52,184 nucleotides of DNA from a virus (lineage: Duplodnaviria; Caudoviricetes), in the IMG/VR virus record IMGVR_UViG_3300017706_000575, positions 1 to 52,184 of that record. One strand, 5' to 3'. The stretch's first letter is position 1. Each line of letters starts with the position of its first letter. A program made the translations under genes and the position numbers. This document shows positions 44,001 through 52,184 of this stretch, one piece after another. Below the pieces are notes generated by a model. It ran no database searches. It had not been told where the DNA came from and worked only from the letters and a program-made list of their open reading frames with translations.

Positions 44001-47000
44001 GTTGAATTACTAGATCCAACAAAACCTCCTCAATTTTTGTATTCTTCTAAAGCTATATTTGCAGGAGATGTATATATAAATAGATATACAGAGAAAGTAA
44101 TAATGCCAATTTTTGCTCAATATTTATTAGGGCAACCAGATGAGTATACTTATGATTATTCTCAACATGTTAATATACCATATCCAAGATTTTGGTTAAA
44201 CTCTCAAAAGTTTGACATGACTAAGATAGGTAAATTTATTGGAAACCCAATTACAGCTATTGCTTCTCTTGGTAATGGTTTTTTTACCGATTTACTACCT
44301 AATGATTTATTTTATTTAGATAGAGGCCAAAATAGTTGCCAGAATGCTTTTGGTGCTATTTTTAATAATAATGATCCTAATCCAATGTTTGCTATGAGAT
44401 TTGCATATATGTATTCTCATTCAAATGGTATCTTGGATTTCTTTGTAGAATCAGAGATTAATTTAGCTCAAAGAGATTGGGAAGATACAAGAGCAAGACA
44501 AATATATAGTGTTTATAATTATAATGATAGAGAGGAATTATTTCATGCTCAAATAGAAAAAGTAGATAATTTTTATAAGTATGATGAATCATTAAGTATA
44601 GGAAAATTTCCAACTCAACTTTCAAGTTTTGGAGAAGTTCAACCATTATATTATGATCCTTATGTTGCAGCTAATTGTTATGTGAGTAGACCTAAAAGAT
44701 TAATATATTCTTTGCAAGCACAAGAGGAAGCAAGAAAAGATTTTTGGAGAGTATTTTTACCTCTTAATTATAAAGACTTTAAAAATAAAGTAAGTGTAAT
44801 TAAACCCATAAATAAAAACGGAGCAATAGTTTTCTTTCCTTATTTATCACCTCAGATGTTTCCAGGAACAGATGTTTTAAAAACTGGATTAGATACAAAG
44901 ATAACAATTGGAGATGGTGGATTATTTGCACAACCCATGCAAAATATTGCTAATGCAGATCTTTCAAATGAATATGGATCTAATGAAAGTTTAAGGAGTG
45001 CTATGAATACTCCTCAAGGTTTATTCTTTATTTCACAAGCACAAGGAAAAATATTTCAATATGCGGGTAGAGGATTAGATCCTATATCTAATAGAGGAAT
45101 GAAGTGGTGGTTTAATAAATATTTGCCATCACAACTAGTTAAGCAATATCCTGATTTAGAATATTCTGTTTTATCTGATAATCCAGTTATTGGAGTTGGC
45201 TGTCATACAATATATGATGCCAATGATGATATTGTTTACTTTATGAAGAAAGACTTTAGAGTAAAGAAAGAATATATAAGCAGTGTATCTTATACAGAAA
45301 AAAGAGGTTTTACAGTAAGACTTGATACTGATGGGGGTAAATATAGTTTTCCTATTCAAATAGGTGATCCATTATATTTTGATGATTGTTGTTGGACTAT
45401 AAGTTATGATCCAAAAGCAAAAGCTTGGATATCTTTTCATGATTGGTGTCCTGAATTAGCATTACCAAGTATAAATCATTTTTTTACTACTAAGAGTATT
45501 GAAACTGATGAGCCGCAGTGTCCACCAGGATATACATTTAATGGTGCAACAGGACTATGTGAATTAGTTGTAAATGAAACTGAATTGTCAACTGTTACTG
45601 TTAGTGAATTAAATTCAATTGTAACAGGAGGTTCTCAAGATTGTTTATTAGATATTGTAATAGCAATGGATGATTCAGGTAGTACGGGTGGTACTAATCC
45701 AGGATCTATTGGAGCTGCTCAATTAACTTGGTTAAATTCATTTTTAACTAATCCTGCTATAACTGGGCCAATGGCTGCAGGAGATATGCAAATAGGTTTT
45801 ACTAAATGGAATTCTACTAGCACAGCTTATCAAATACCTTATCTTTTAGGTACATACAGTATGAGTAATACTGTAACACCAACGCAAGTTAATAATTGGT
45901 ATACTACTAATTGGTGTGTTAATCCTGGGTGCGGAACAAGTGTACCACTTGGATTGGCTAGTGCTGAGAATTGGCTTAATAACAAAGCTTCTAGTCAACT
46001 AGGTGATAGAACTGCACAACCAAACTTTAAACAGATTATTATTTTAATTACTGATACTACCAGCAACCCTGGAGCTATTGGGTGTCCGTATCAAGCAGTG
46101 GGTGTATCACCTTCATCAACAGGTCCTGCAAATCAAAATGTATTTGCTTTATTTTGTGGTACTGGAAGTAGTACACCATCTAACCCACTTGTATTAGGTA
46201 ATATTACTTGTACATCTGGTCCTGTTAATGTAGATGGTTATCAATTTGGTATTGCCGTTAGTAATCCAGCAGGAATAGATGTTGTTGCAGATACAATTGC
46301 AACAAGTGTTTGTTCTCTTCCATTTGAATGTAATTGTGCACCAGGATATACCACGGTTTATTTAGATCCTGTAACAGGAACTTATACTGCACCTACAGGA
46401 GTATGTGATGATATTACACCACCTATTTGTAGAAAAGTAGAATGTGCTTGCCCAACATCACCTCCAAATTTTCTTACAACAATAACAGGGACATGTGATG
46501 ATGTTTATTTAACAGGTGATCCTGATTATGTAAATCCAGATCCACAAGTTTGTGATTATTATTTAAAATTAACTACTCCAGCTAGTTTTAAATATGGTAC
46601 GTTATGGAGACATAATGTTAGATGTGATGATTTTGCAAATTTTTATAATGTTAGTTATCCATGGGAAGTTGAACTTGTAGCTAATAGTGGACAACAGGTT
46701 AATACTGTTAGAAGCATGGAATATCAATTAGAATGTTATGTCTATAAAGGAGATATGGGTAATGCATGTAATGATGATAAGTGGGAAGATTTAGATTTTA
46801 ATTTTGATCAATCTATAATTTATAATAATGAACAAGTATCAGGATTATTACAATTAACACCTACACCATACAATCAACCTCTTTTAAATTTAACTTATCC
46901 TATAATTGGTACTAGTAGCATTGAAATTTTATGTTCTAAAGTTGAACAGAAATATAGATTTAATCAATTTTGGGACATAACTAATGATAGAGGAGAGTTT

Positions 47001-47210
47001 ACTATTGCTGAGCAACCTATATGGAAAACACAGCCAAATGGATATATAAAAGATTTAAATGCAATTAATTTAAATTATAATAAGCCGCCATTGCAACATA
47101 AGAAGTTTAGACATTACTATACTAACATAATATTACGTAGAGTTAATTCTTCAAACAGAAAGATGTTGTTAAGATTAAATAATAGTAAATTGTTAACATC
47201 CCTTAGATAA
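41016..47210 (+). CDS. tail stabilisation / muzzle protein (P22 gp10-like) with inserted VWA and Cys-rich modules
   Basis: 2064 aa; FIKGMNKD..ARNA..IGNEPSN, GFLRDEQYAFFIRW, IFAGDVYINRY, WTISYDPKAKAWISFHDW, LWRHN; VWA LDIVIAMDDSGS. Confidence 0.8.
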   Translation: MAKQNRNSKTSTSVITNSFIKGMNKDITQSMEPAQSWWHARNAANNSTDGDLGVIGNEPSNLQCGVIPYTIIGAIHRFGDEWIIYSTDDVNSEIGRFDDSECKYTTIVNDPCLNFNRKYLITGAAKENFDCTWAVYWDDGNNPSRYLNVDDVPYKQYISSAPGDPCIVYSDIEPKELDCEKIRLAPLLDTPCISLTKNVDGGMLNNGSYQAFIAYTENEIKVTDYIGVSNVQSLWSHEGSGGSLDISVSNLDTDYEFYELTLLIRQQGQVFAKRIGLYSTQQQNINVDFISDELIAVDLKIIPMRSPAYEKSEAMYVVNDYLIRQGPTEQFDFNYQPIANEIKVNWVANQIDSQYYHIGGNKTGFLRDEQYAFFIRWIYNTGERSSSYHIPGRAPELYNVATQQFTNVPGPDVYYENENIINPNALNPTGEPLYKIFNTGDILAQGLSEVQEDGSLVIGRGKMGYWESTERYPINKPDIWGDLCGLPIRHHKMPTEERGGSNSPLHISTTAGDLINLLGVEFTNIGRPKNNDGSYIQNVVGYEILRGSRAGAKSILAKGLFRNMRKYNVPNAENLIGGSVTGLYANYPYNDLRPDMYFWDKITPPGNPLFEPLKRTESCDNLTESIQDFPPLGTPNSGTDGYSKKVFTFSSPDLMFTKPFLDAYETRIYGQLDGRQSGNFIPSEDHPQFKLLRNSSALMGAIIGIGYAISQVRGETSEEMTSSKMRYQSTGDFAGIAANAVANNIAIAVPPFPIPVAAGAIVGMQQGTLAAGLADIWAFGAAQGGIDNFVQNTNAAVGLLPGTEAGDYKLTIKRNSPISNFPNALKAVVGIFTSGANIAIGGNEIIDLIYNLVKKSSFVLKYNSAGFFNKFRKNNINDTFRFKNTDSNYLGSSFQTFNQGEYKINNLFRPSTVAVALEKDLQDPAVQDRSRFTVGGEVDLGGGSGQATPFGDTYLEKPSSERQTNISAFYGALKFNFDNQYGQLSGIKQVPMRGCVELLDPTKPPQFLYSSKAIFAGDVYINRYTEKVIMPIFAQYLLGQPDEYTYDYSQHVNIPYPRFWLNSQKFDMTKIGKFIGNPITAIASLGNGFFTDLLPNDLFYLDRGQNSCQNAFGAIFNNNDPNPMFAMRFAYMYSHSNGILDFFVESEINLAQRDWEDTRARQIYSVYNYNDREELFHAQIEKVDNFYKYDESLSIGKFPTQLSSFGEVQPLYYDPYVAANCYVSRPKRLIYSLQAQEEARKDFWRVFLPLNYKDFKNKVSVIKPINKNGAIVFFPYLSPQMFPGTDVLKTGLDTKITIGDGGLFAQPMQNIANADLSNEYGSNESLRSAMNTPQGLFFISQAQGKIFQYAGRGLDPISNRGMKWWFNKYLPSQLVKQYPDLEYSVLSDNPVIGVGCHTIYDANDDIVYFMKKDFRVKKEYISSVSYTEKRGFTVRLDTDGGKYSFPIQIGDPLYFDDCCWTISYDPKAKAWISFHDWCPELALPSINHFFTTKSIETDEPQCPPGYTFNGATGLCELVVNETELSTVTVSELNSIVTGGSQDCLLDIVIAMDDSGSTGGTNPGSIGAAQLTWLNSFLTNPAITGPMAAGDMQIGFTKWNSTSTAYQIPYLLGTYSMSNTVTPTQVNNWYTTNWCVNPGCGTSVPLGLASAENWLNNKASSQLGDRTAQPNFKQIIILITDTTSNPGAIGCPYQAVGVSPSSTGPANQNVFALFCGTGSSTPSNPLVLGNITCTSGPVNVDGYQFGIAVSNPAGIDVVADTIATSVCSLPFECNCAPGYTTVYLDPVTGTYTAPTGVCDDITPPICRKVECACPTSPPNFLTTITGTCDDVYLTGDPDYVNPDPQVCDYYLKLTTPASFKYGTLWRHNVRCDDFANFYNVSYPWEVELVANSGQQVNTVRSMEYQLECYVYKGDMGNACNDDKWEDLDFNFDQSIIYNNEQVSGLLQLTPTPYNQPLLNLTYPIIGTSSIEILCSKVEQKYRFNQFWDITNDRGEFTIAEQPIWKTQPNGYIKDLNAINLNYNKPPLQHKKFRHYYTNIILRRVNSSNRKMLLRLNNSKLLTSLR

Positions 47211-50200
47211 TGAGAAACAAAAAAAGCATAGGATTACCAAATGGCCCAAATGAGTTTCTCAAAGATATAACTCAGTATATATCTGTAGAAGGTTATAAGC
47301 GTTATAGTGAAGATATAAACAACCCTTACAATATTATTGAGTCAGGCTATATTACTATGGAAGATGTAGATTTTCCTGTTAAGGGTACAGACAACTTAGG
47401 TAACGAACAAATAATGATGCCTGGTATGAACTATCAGTTTCCAGGAGATAGTGTCTTAGAAGTGCCCATGGCTCAAGAAGGCATTGAAGTACCATTAAAC
47501 CGTGGTGAAGTATTTAATATACCTAGAACAATGGGTTATGAAGACGGTAAAATGGTTCTTCAAGATAAACCTATATATGATGGTATGCTTGATGAAGTTA
47601 CTGTTACCCCATACACTTCAAACCAAATGTTGTATAAAGATTTCATGACTGCTAAAGCTACAGGTGGACTAAAACCTGTATATCCGTTGTTTGATATAAT
47701 GACTTTAGGTTTAAAAGCTCCTCTGACTGCTGGTGCTAAAGTTATAAAGGCAGGTATTAAAAAAGCACCTTCTAAAATAAATCCTAAATACTATAATCCT
47801 AATACGCTAGCAAAGGGAAATCCTAACACTATGTATAGAGAGATTGGCAAAGATGCTTATCAGGATTTTGCAAATAGTGGACTTGTAAGAACTAAAGCTG
47901 AAATTACAGATAATCCTATATTAGGGTTAGTTAAGACACAAAAAGAAATAAAAGATGTTCTACGTTTTAATAAAGAGTATGGGCAATTTCAATATAGACA
48001 CCCTACAGACTTTAGAGCTCCTTTTTTTAGCAGAGGTAAAACAACTATATTAAAAAAGGGGGATCCTGATTACTTGATTCAAACTCGTCCTGATAGAGTT
48101 GGACCTGATAAGTTTTCTAGTGCACAGTGGAATATTCTTCATGGTAATCAGCAGCCTCCTGCGGGTGGGTTTGGAATAATGGATCCTATGTACAGAGACG
48201 CAGATAACTTTGATGTATTTAAGAAAAACTGGTGGTCAGGTTATAAACAAATTAAACAAGATGGTGGAGAGCAAGGAATTCAAGTACCTAAAAGAAATGG
48301 AGTTAGAAAAAATTCTGATGGTACTGAGTCAACACACCTTATGGCTACTGAAACTTTAGATGGTAAAAACTGGTTTTCATTTCCTACTTTATTTCAAAAT
48401 GAAGATAGTACTTGGTTAGACATGTCTGACAAGCCTTGGATGGAAGCATATAAAGAAGCAATCAAAAGAGGTGAGGTTATAGAGTTTGGTACAGATAAAG
48501 ATGCTGCTATTAAATTTGGTGAAGGTTCTTGGAAACCTAAAGCTCAAGTTGGTCAAGAAGTAATAAGATCAAACAGAGATCCATATGAGTATAAAAGAGA
48601 AGCAGATAAATTTTATACAAGAAAAAGAGAAGGAGAATGGGAGTCAGAAGAACAGCCAGATTGGACACTAGCATCTGACAATGCAGAGAAGGCAATTAGA
48701 GAAAAAATATATGATGAGGATGTTTCTGACTCAGGAGCAGAAGATGGAAAAGCATTTAGAGAAATTGGTAATGCAAAAACAATTCAGGAAAATATTCAAG
48801 CACTTGATACCTCATCCTATGGTCTTAGGGTTATTTCTTATCCAATTGGACATGAAGTAAATCCTCCTGGACATATTGAAGCTGTGTTGTTTGACAAAAA
48901 AACAGGTAAGTTGATAAATAAAGTACCCGGTACTAAATTTAAAGGACATATAAATAGATGGGCAAAGGAAGGAAATAAACCTGTAGTAGAAAGCAATTAC
49001 AAAGGTGATAAGAATGTACAAGTTGTAGATTTAAGATTACCTGAGCAAGAACTCAAAGATTTTTTAGTTCAAGCGCAGGGTTTTTTACCTAACACTGAAG
49101 GTAAGATTCACAAAAATTTAGGTTTATCAAAAAATAAACTTCCTATTTCTTCTAGTAATAATCCAAAACAATATGGCATCATAGGTTCTAATTGTGCTAC
49201 AGGTATGTGTTTAGGGTTGGGTCTAGATCCAGATTCTCCAGAAAATCAAACAGCAGGTATAACTGATCCAAATAAAGTTATGGATAATATTCTAACAAAC
49301 TTTAGTAACTACTATGATTCAGAAAAAGATTATAGAGGAAATAAGGTAAGTAAGAGAGAAGGTATTAGAAAACTTATTTCTAACAAATTAGAAGTAGAAG
49401 GTAACACAAGAGCTGCTACAGCAATTGTGGATTATTTGGATGGTTTGGATGGAAAAGAGGCTAAGAAAACATTAGAAGAATTATCTGAAAATCCTATGAT
49501 ACAGAAGATGATTAAATCACCTAATTTAAAAGCATCAATTAAACCTTTATTAAATGCACCAATTACACAAGTTATTGATGCTTATAAAAAAATACCAGAC
49601 GGAACCTTTAACGCTTTAATGGAAGCTGGTTGGGAACAATACCCAAATCAATACATTAGAGAAAATACACCATTTGATTTTTCTGGAGAAGGTGTAGATA
49701 ATATAATACCATGGTGGGAAAACAATGTTATAAATCCTGTAGGAGAAGCTGGATCTGATGCTATAAAAAGCGTTAGAGATTTTTTTGGTTTTAAAGAAGG
49801 AGGAAGTGTTTCATGGCAGTTTAAAGGTAAATCATATTCAGGAACTTTAATACCTGGTATGGAAACTGAGAATAACAGATATGCTAGAACTCACAATGGC
49901 AAAATAAAAACACTACCTAAAGGTCAAGTTGGAAAAGAAATTAAAACAGGTAGAGGTACTCCAGGACTTCTTGATAAGCCGTATTTGGATCCTGGAAACA
50001 TTAATCTTATTTATGATGAAGATGAAGTTTATGAATCAGTATTTGATCCTAGAATTAGAGAAAGCAGAAGAGCAAATAAGTTAGCTAAAGAAGAATATGA
50101 ACGTAAGGTTCAGAAAAGAAATAAAGACATAAAATCAATAGAAGAAGCAAAAGCCTTATACAGAAATGTATGGTATGATGATTTTAAAGATACAACTTTT

Positions 50201-52042
50201 AAAACTAGTGCAGAAAGAAAAGAATGGCAAGAAAACAATCCCAGATGGAAAGCAGCAACTGATACTTTGGGGCGCTATGCTGCAGCTCCAAAAGGATTAA
50301 ATGCTTCTGTTAGTAATGCAAGTGGTTTTGAATATACACCATATTTTAATCCTGAAGCAAATTTAACTGATCTTTATCCTGAAAAACCTTTGTTAAAACT
50401 TCCATATCCTGATATTAAATATAATCTATCTAATCTACCAGAAGGTGTAGATGAAACAGAATTTAGAAAATGGGTTAATTATTATTATCCTGATTATGCA
50501 GTAGAAAATGATATTAGTTCTACAACTCCTTCAGAAAAAGAAAATGACTTTATTAAAAGTGCATGGTATGAATTGGGTAATCAGTATGAACCTTTTAAGA
50601 AACTTGAGATTAAAAAGTTAGAGCAACCTGCTTTAAAAGATAAACCTCAACTATCTAATTTTACAGAAACTAAATCAAAAGGAACTTTAGTATCAACTGG
50701 AATTGGTGATGGTAGAGTTAATGTAATTGATCTGGATACAGGTGGTGGTTTTGGAACATATGATACACCTGAACAAGCCCGTATTGCTATGATTGAAGCT
50801 TATACAGATGGTTATAGTTTAAGTAATCCTGAAATTGCTAATATTTCAGCAGAAGACTTAGGAAACCTTTATGATGTTGCAGATAAACAGCCAGCATATA
50901 GAGCTAATAATAGACCGCTTACCAATTATGAAAAGATTCAGGCAATGAAAAGAAAGATGTCTGAGGGTGGTCAATATCAAACTGGTGGTGAGCATACAGT
51001 ATCAGAAGGAGAAACGTTTTATGGTATTGCTAATAAAAATAAAATATCATGGAAGGATTTAGAAGCCTTTAATCCTAATATTGATATTAATGCTCTTAAG
51101 AAAGGACAAACTATTAATCTTTCTGCACAACCTACAAAAACTAAAAAAACTACTGAAGAAAAACGTGAACCAACATCATGGAGCGATTATATAAATCCTT
51201 ATAATTGGGGAGTTACTGATAGAGATGATGATGGCTCATATAATCAAGCTTTTAGAGCTGCAAGAAATGCTGGTGAAGATGAGTTTATGTGGTATGGTAA
51301 AAGATACACAACAGAACTTGATAAAACAGATGTTGCAAAAGAAAAAGAACCAGTAAAGAAAGAAGTTAGCAATTATAGTTTTCAAGAATATCAAGATGAC
51401 TTAAAAGCTCAAGAAAATCTTTCATTGAAAGGATGGGATCCTAAAAGACAATTGTGGTTTCCAACTCCAGCTCCAGAAGAAAATGGAGGTTTTGATATTG
51501 GTTATGGTCATAAGATTAAAAAAGGTGAAAATTTTTCTAAAGGTTTAACAGATGATCAAGTCAACAATCTTTTTGCAAAAGATCTTAATGTTAAATTTAA
51601 AGCAGCAAAGTCAACATTTAATAGACAAGGCCTAAATAGAAGTTGGGATGAGTTAAATGAACAAGAGCAAATATTACTTGGAGATTATCAATACAATGGA
51701 GTTTTAGGTGATTTTGAAAAATTGATGAAAGCTGTTGCGAATAAGGATAAAGATTCAATGCTTAAAGAATATGTAAGATATCAAGGCAAAGAAAAATTGG
51801 GAAGAAGAAATGACTGGACTAAATCTTATATAGATAGTGAAATAAATTATAAGAAAGGTGGAGAACCTAATCCATTAACTATTTATAGTAATTATATAAA
51901 TGGTGATTATGATGGTACAGATTTAGAAAATCAAGCTATAAAGATCTATGATAGACTTAATAGAATTCATTATGGAGATGCTAAATCATTAGGTATGTCT
52001 CCTGTAAATTATATATTAACTCATGTTGTAGCTAAAGCTTAA
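47210..52042 (+). CDS. multidomain cargo/ejection-type protein: ART-like domain, permuted papain-like peptidase, LysM, GH24-like lysozyme
   Basis: LysM HTVSEGETFYGIANKNKISWKDLEAFNP..LKKGQTINL (50993-51121); lysozyme LKAQEN..FDIGYGHKI..GLTDDQVNNLFAKDL..DYQYNG (~51380-51830); GHIEAVL...YGIIGSNCAT; MYREIG...FFS. Confidence 0.7.
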   Translation: MRNKKSIGLPNGPNEFLKDITQYISVEGYKRYSEDINNPYNIIESGYITMEDVDFPVKGTDNLGNEQIMMPGMNYQFPGDSVLEVPMAQEGIEVPLNRGEVFNIPRTMGYEDGKMVLQDKPIYDGMLDEVTVTPYTSNQMLYKDFMTAKATGGLKPVYPLFDIMTLGLKAPLTAGAKVIKAGIKKAPSKINPKYYNPNTLAKGNPNTMYREIGKDAYQDFANSGLVRTKAEITDNPILGLVKTQKEIKDVLRFNKEYGQFQYRHPTDFRAPFFSRGKTTILKKGDPDYLIQTRPDRVGPDKFSSAQWNILHGNQQPPAGGFGIMDPMYRDADNFDVFKKNWWSGYKQIKQDGGEQGIQVPKRNGVRKNSDGTESTHLMATETLDGKNWFSFPTLFQNEDSTWLDMSDKPWMEAYKEAIKRGEVIEFGTDKDAAIKFGEGSWKPKAQVGQEVIRSNRDPYEYKREADKFYTRKREGEWESEEQPDWTLASDNAEKAIREKIYDEDVSDSGAEDGKAFREIGNAKTIQENIQALDTSSYGLRVISYPIGHEVNPPGHIEAVLFDKKTGKLINKVPGTKFKGHINRWAKEGNKPVVESNYKGDKNVQVVDLRLPEQELKDFLVQAQGFLPNTEGKIHKNLGLSKNKLPISSSNNPKQYGIIGSNCATGMCLGLGLDPDSPENQTAGITDPNKVMDNILTNFSNYYDSEKDYRGNKVSKREGIRKLISNKLEVEGNTRAATAIVDYLDGLDGKEAKKTLEELSENPMIQKMIKSPNLKASIKPLLNAPITQVIDAYKKIPDGTFNALMEAGWEQYPNQYIRENTPFDFSGEGVDNIIPWWENNVINPVGEAGSDAIKSVRDFFGFKEGGSVSWQFKGKSYSGTLIPGMETENNRYARTHNGKIKTLPKGQVGKEIKTGRGTPGLLDKPYLDPGNINLIYDEDEVYESVFDPRIRESRRANKLAKEEYERKVQKRNKDIKSIEEAKALYRNVWYDDFKDTTFKTSAERKEWQENNPRWKAATDTLGRYAAAPKGLNASVSNASGFEYTPYFNPEANLTDLYPEKPLLKLPYPDIKYNLSNLPEGVDETEFRKWVNYYYPDYAVENDISSTTPSEKENDFIKSAWYELGNQYEPFKKLEIKKLEQPALKDKPQLSNFTETKSKGTLVSTGIGDGRVNVIDLDTGGGFGTYDTPEQARIAMIEAYTDGYSLSNPEIANISAEDLGNLYDVADKQPAYRANNRPLTNYEKIQAMKRKMSEGGQYQTGGEHTVSEGETFYGIANKNKISWKDLEAFNPNIDINALKKGQTINLSAQPTKTKKTTEEKREPTSWSDYINPYNWGVTDRDDDGSYNQAFRAARNAGEDEFMWYGKRYTTELDKTDVAKEKEPVKKEVSNYSFQEYQDDLKAQENLSLKGWDPKRQLWFPTPAPEENGGFDIGYGHKIKKGENFSKGLTDDQVNNLFAKDLNVKFKAAKSTFNRQGLNRSWDELNEQEQILLGDYQYNGVLGDFEKLMKAVANKDKDSMLKEYVRYQGKEKLGRRNDWTKSYIDSEINYKKGGEPNPLTIYSNYINGDYDGTDLENQAIKIYDRLNRIHYGDAKSLGMSPVNYILTHVVAKA

Positions 52043-52072
52043 ACCTTAAAAATTAGTAAATCTCTGGATTTA

Positions 52073-52092
52073 TTTGTATATTAATATTATAA
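52073..52092 (+). promoter_or_regulatory. late-promoter motif TTTGTATATTA-N4-TATA
   Basis: Exact motif upstream of GTG 52103. Confidence 0.65.
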
Positions 52093-52102
52093 AATAATTG
52101 TT

Positions 52103-52184
52103 GTGAAAGTAAACAAATTAAGTTTAAAACAGATGGGTGGACCTGCTACAAATCAATCAGTTGATCCCGCTATTCAACAAATTA
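52103..52184 (+). CDS. 5' end of next cargo-type protein (truncated): MKVNKLSLKQMGGPATNQ...
   Basis: GTG start after promoter motif, open to the window end, carries KQMGG motif. Confidence 0.55.
   Translation, partial: MKVNKLSLKQMGGPATNQSVDPAIQQI

Noticed and set aside
38146-44646. Alternate-frame plus-strand ORFs 38146..38337 and 44458..44646 or 41377..41586 antisense ORFs as overprinted genes
   Set aside because: Short, fully nested in or opposite well-supported genes, no recognisable motifs or leaders
7819-49021. Numerous minus-strand ORFs within the late arm (e.g. 18789..19100, 30289..30699, 30994..31638, 34501..35025)
   Set aside because: Lie opposite well-supported genes; Pro/Val/Thr-rich translations are the expected mirror of Gly/Thr-rich fibre codons
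1-52184. Stop-codon reassignment (TAG or TGA), known in some gut crAss-like phages
   Set aside because: Long genes are intact in code 11; TAG ends MCP just before its terminator, TGA ends several genes, and no suppressor tRNA is present

Overview
AT-rich 52-kb segment of a crAss-like (Crassvirales-type) tailed phage, probably infecting an environmental or marine Bacteroidota (Flavobacteriia) host. The host call rests on TAnnTTTG promoters, A-rich leaders without Shine-Dalgarno sites and a Gln+1 signal peptide. Positions 1-5454 are a minus-strand arm of small early/middle genes (HNH-like, HTH, hypotheticals) with three tRNAs: Arg-UCU, Leu-UAA and Ile2/Met-CAU. After a strand switch at about 5455-5675 comes a long plus-strand late arm. 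It encodes, in order: a methyltransferase and a cluster of very basic small proteins, a beta-barrel-like protein, endolysin, HU/IHF-like protein, PD-(D/E)XK nuclease, GroES, terminase, portal, scaffold-like protein, major capsid protein, ring/adaptor proteins, a Dps/ferritin-like protein, two long tail fibres (one with an S74 chaperone), Cys-rich Fn3/VWA proteins, a metallophosphoesterase, tail tubular proteins, a 2064-aa tail stabilisation/muzzle protein, and a 1610-aa multidomain cargo-type protein. Five observations stand out. (1) The 1610-aa protein is a string of unrelated domains separated by recurring x-[QKS]-x-G-G/G-x motifs and carries its own permuted-papain-like peptidase, so it may be a processed polyprotein. 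(2) Two intergenic hairpin RNAs expose UUGGUUUU loops complementary to AAACCAA in late-gene leaders. (3) An RMT2/GAMT-like methyltransferase sits beside histone-like basic proteins. (4) A late-promoter motif TTTGTATATTA-N4-TRTA recurs between genes. (5) The tRNA set reads exactly AGA, TTA and ATA. All assignments come from motif recognition and gene order by eye; no database searches were run.
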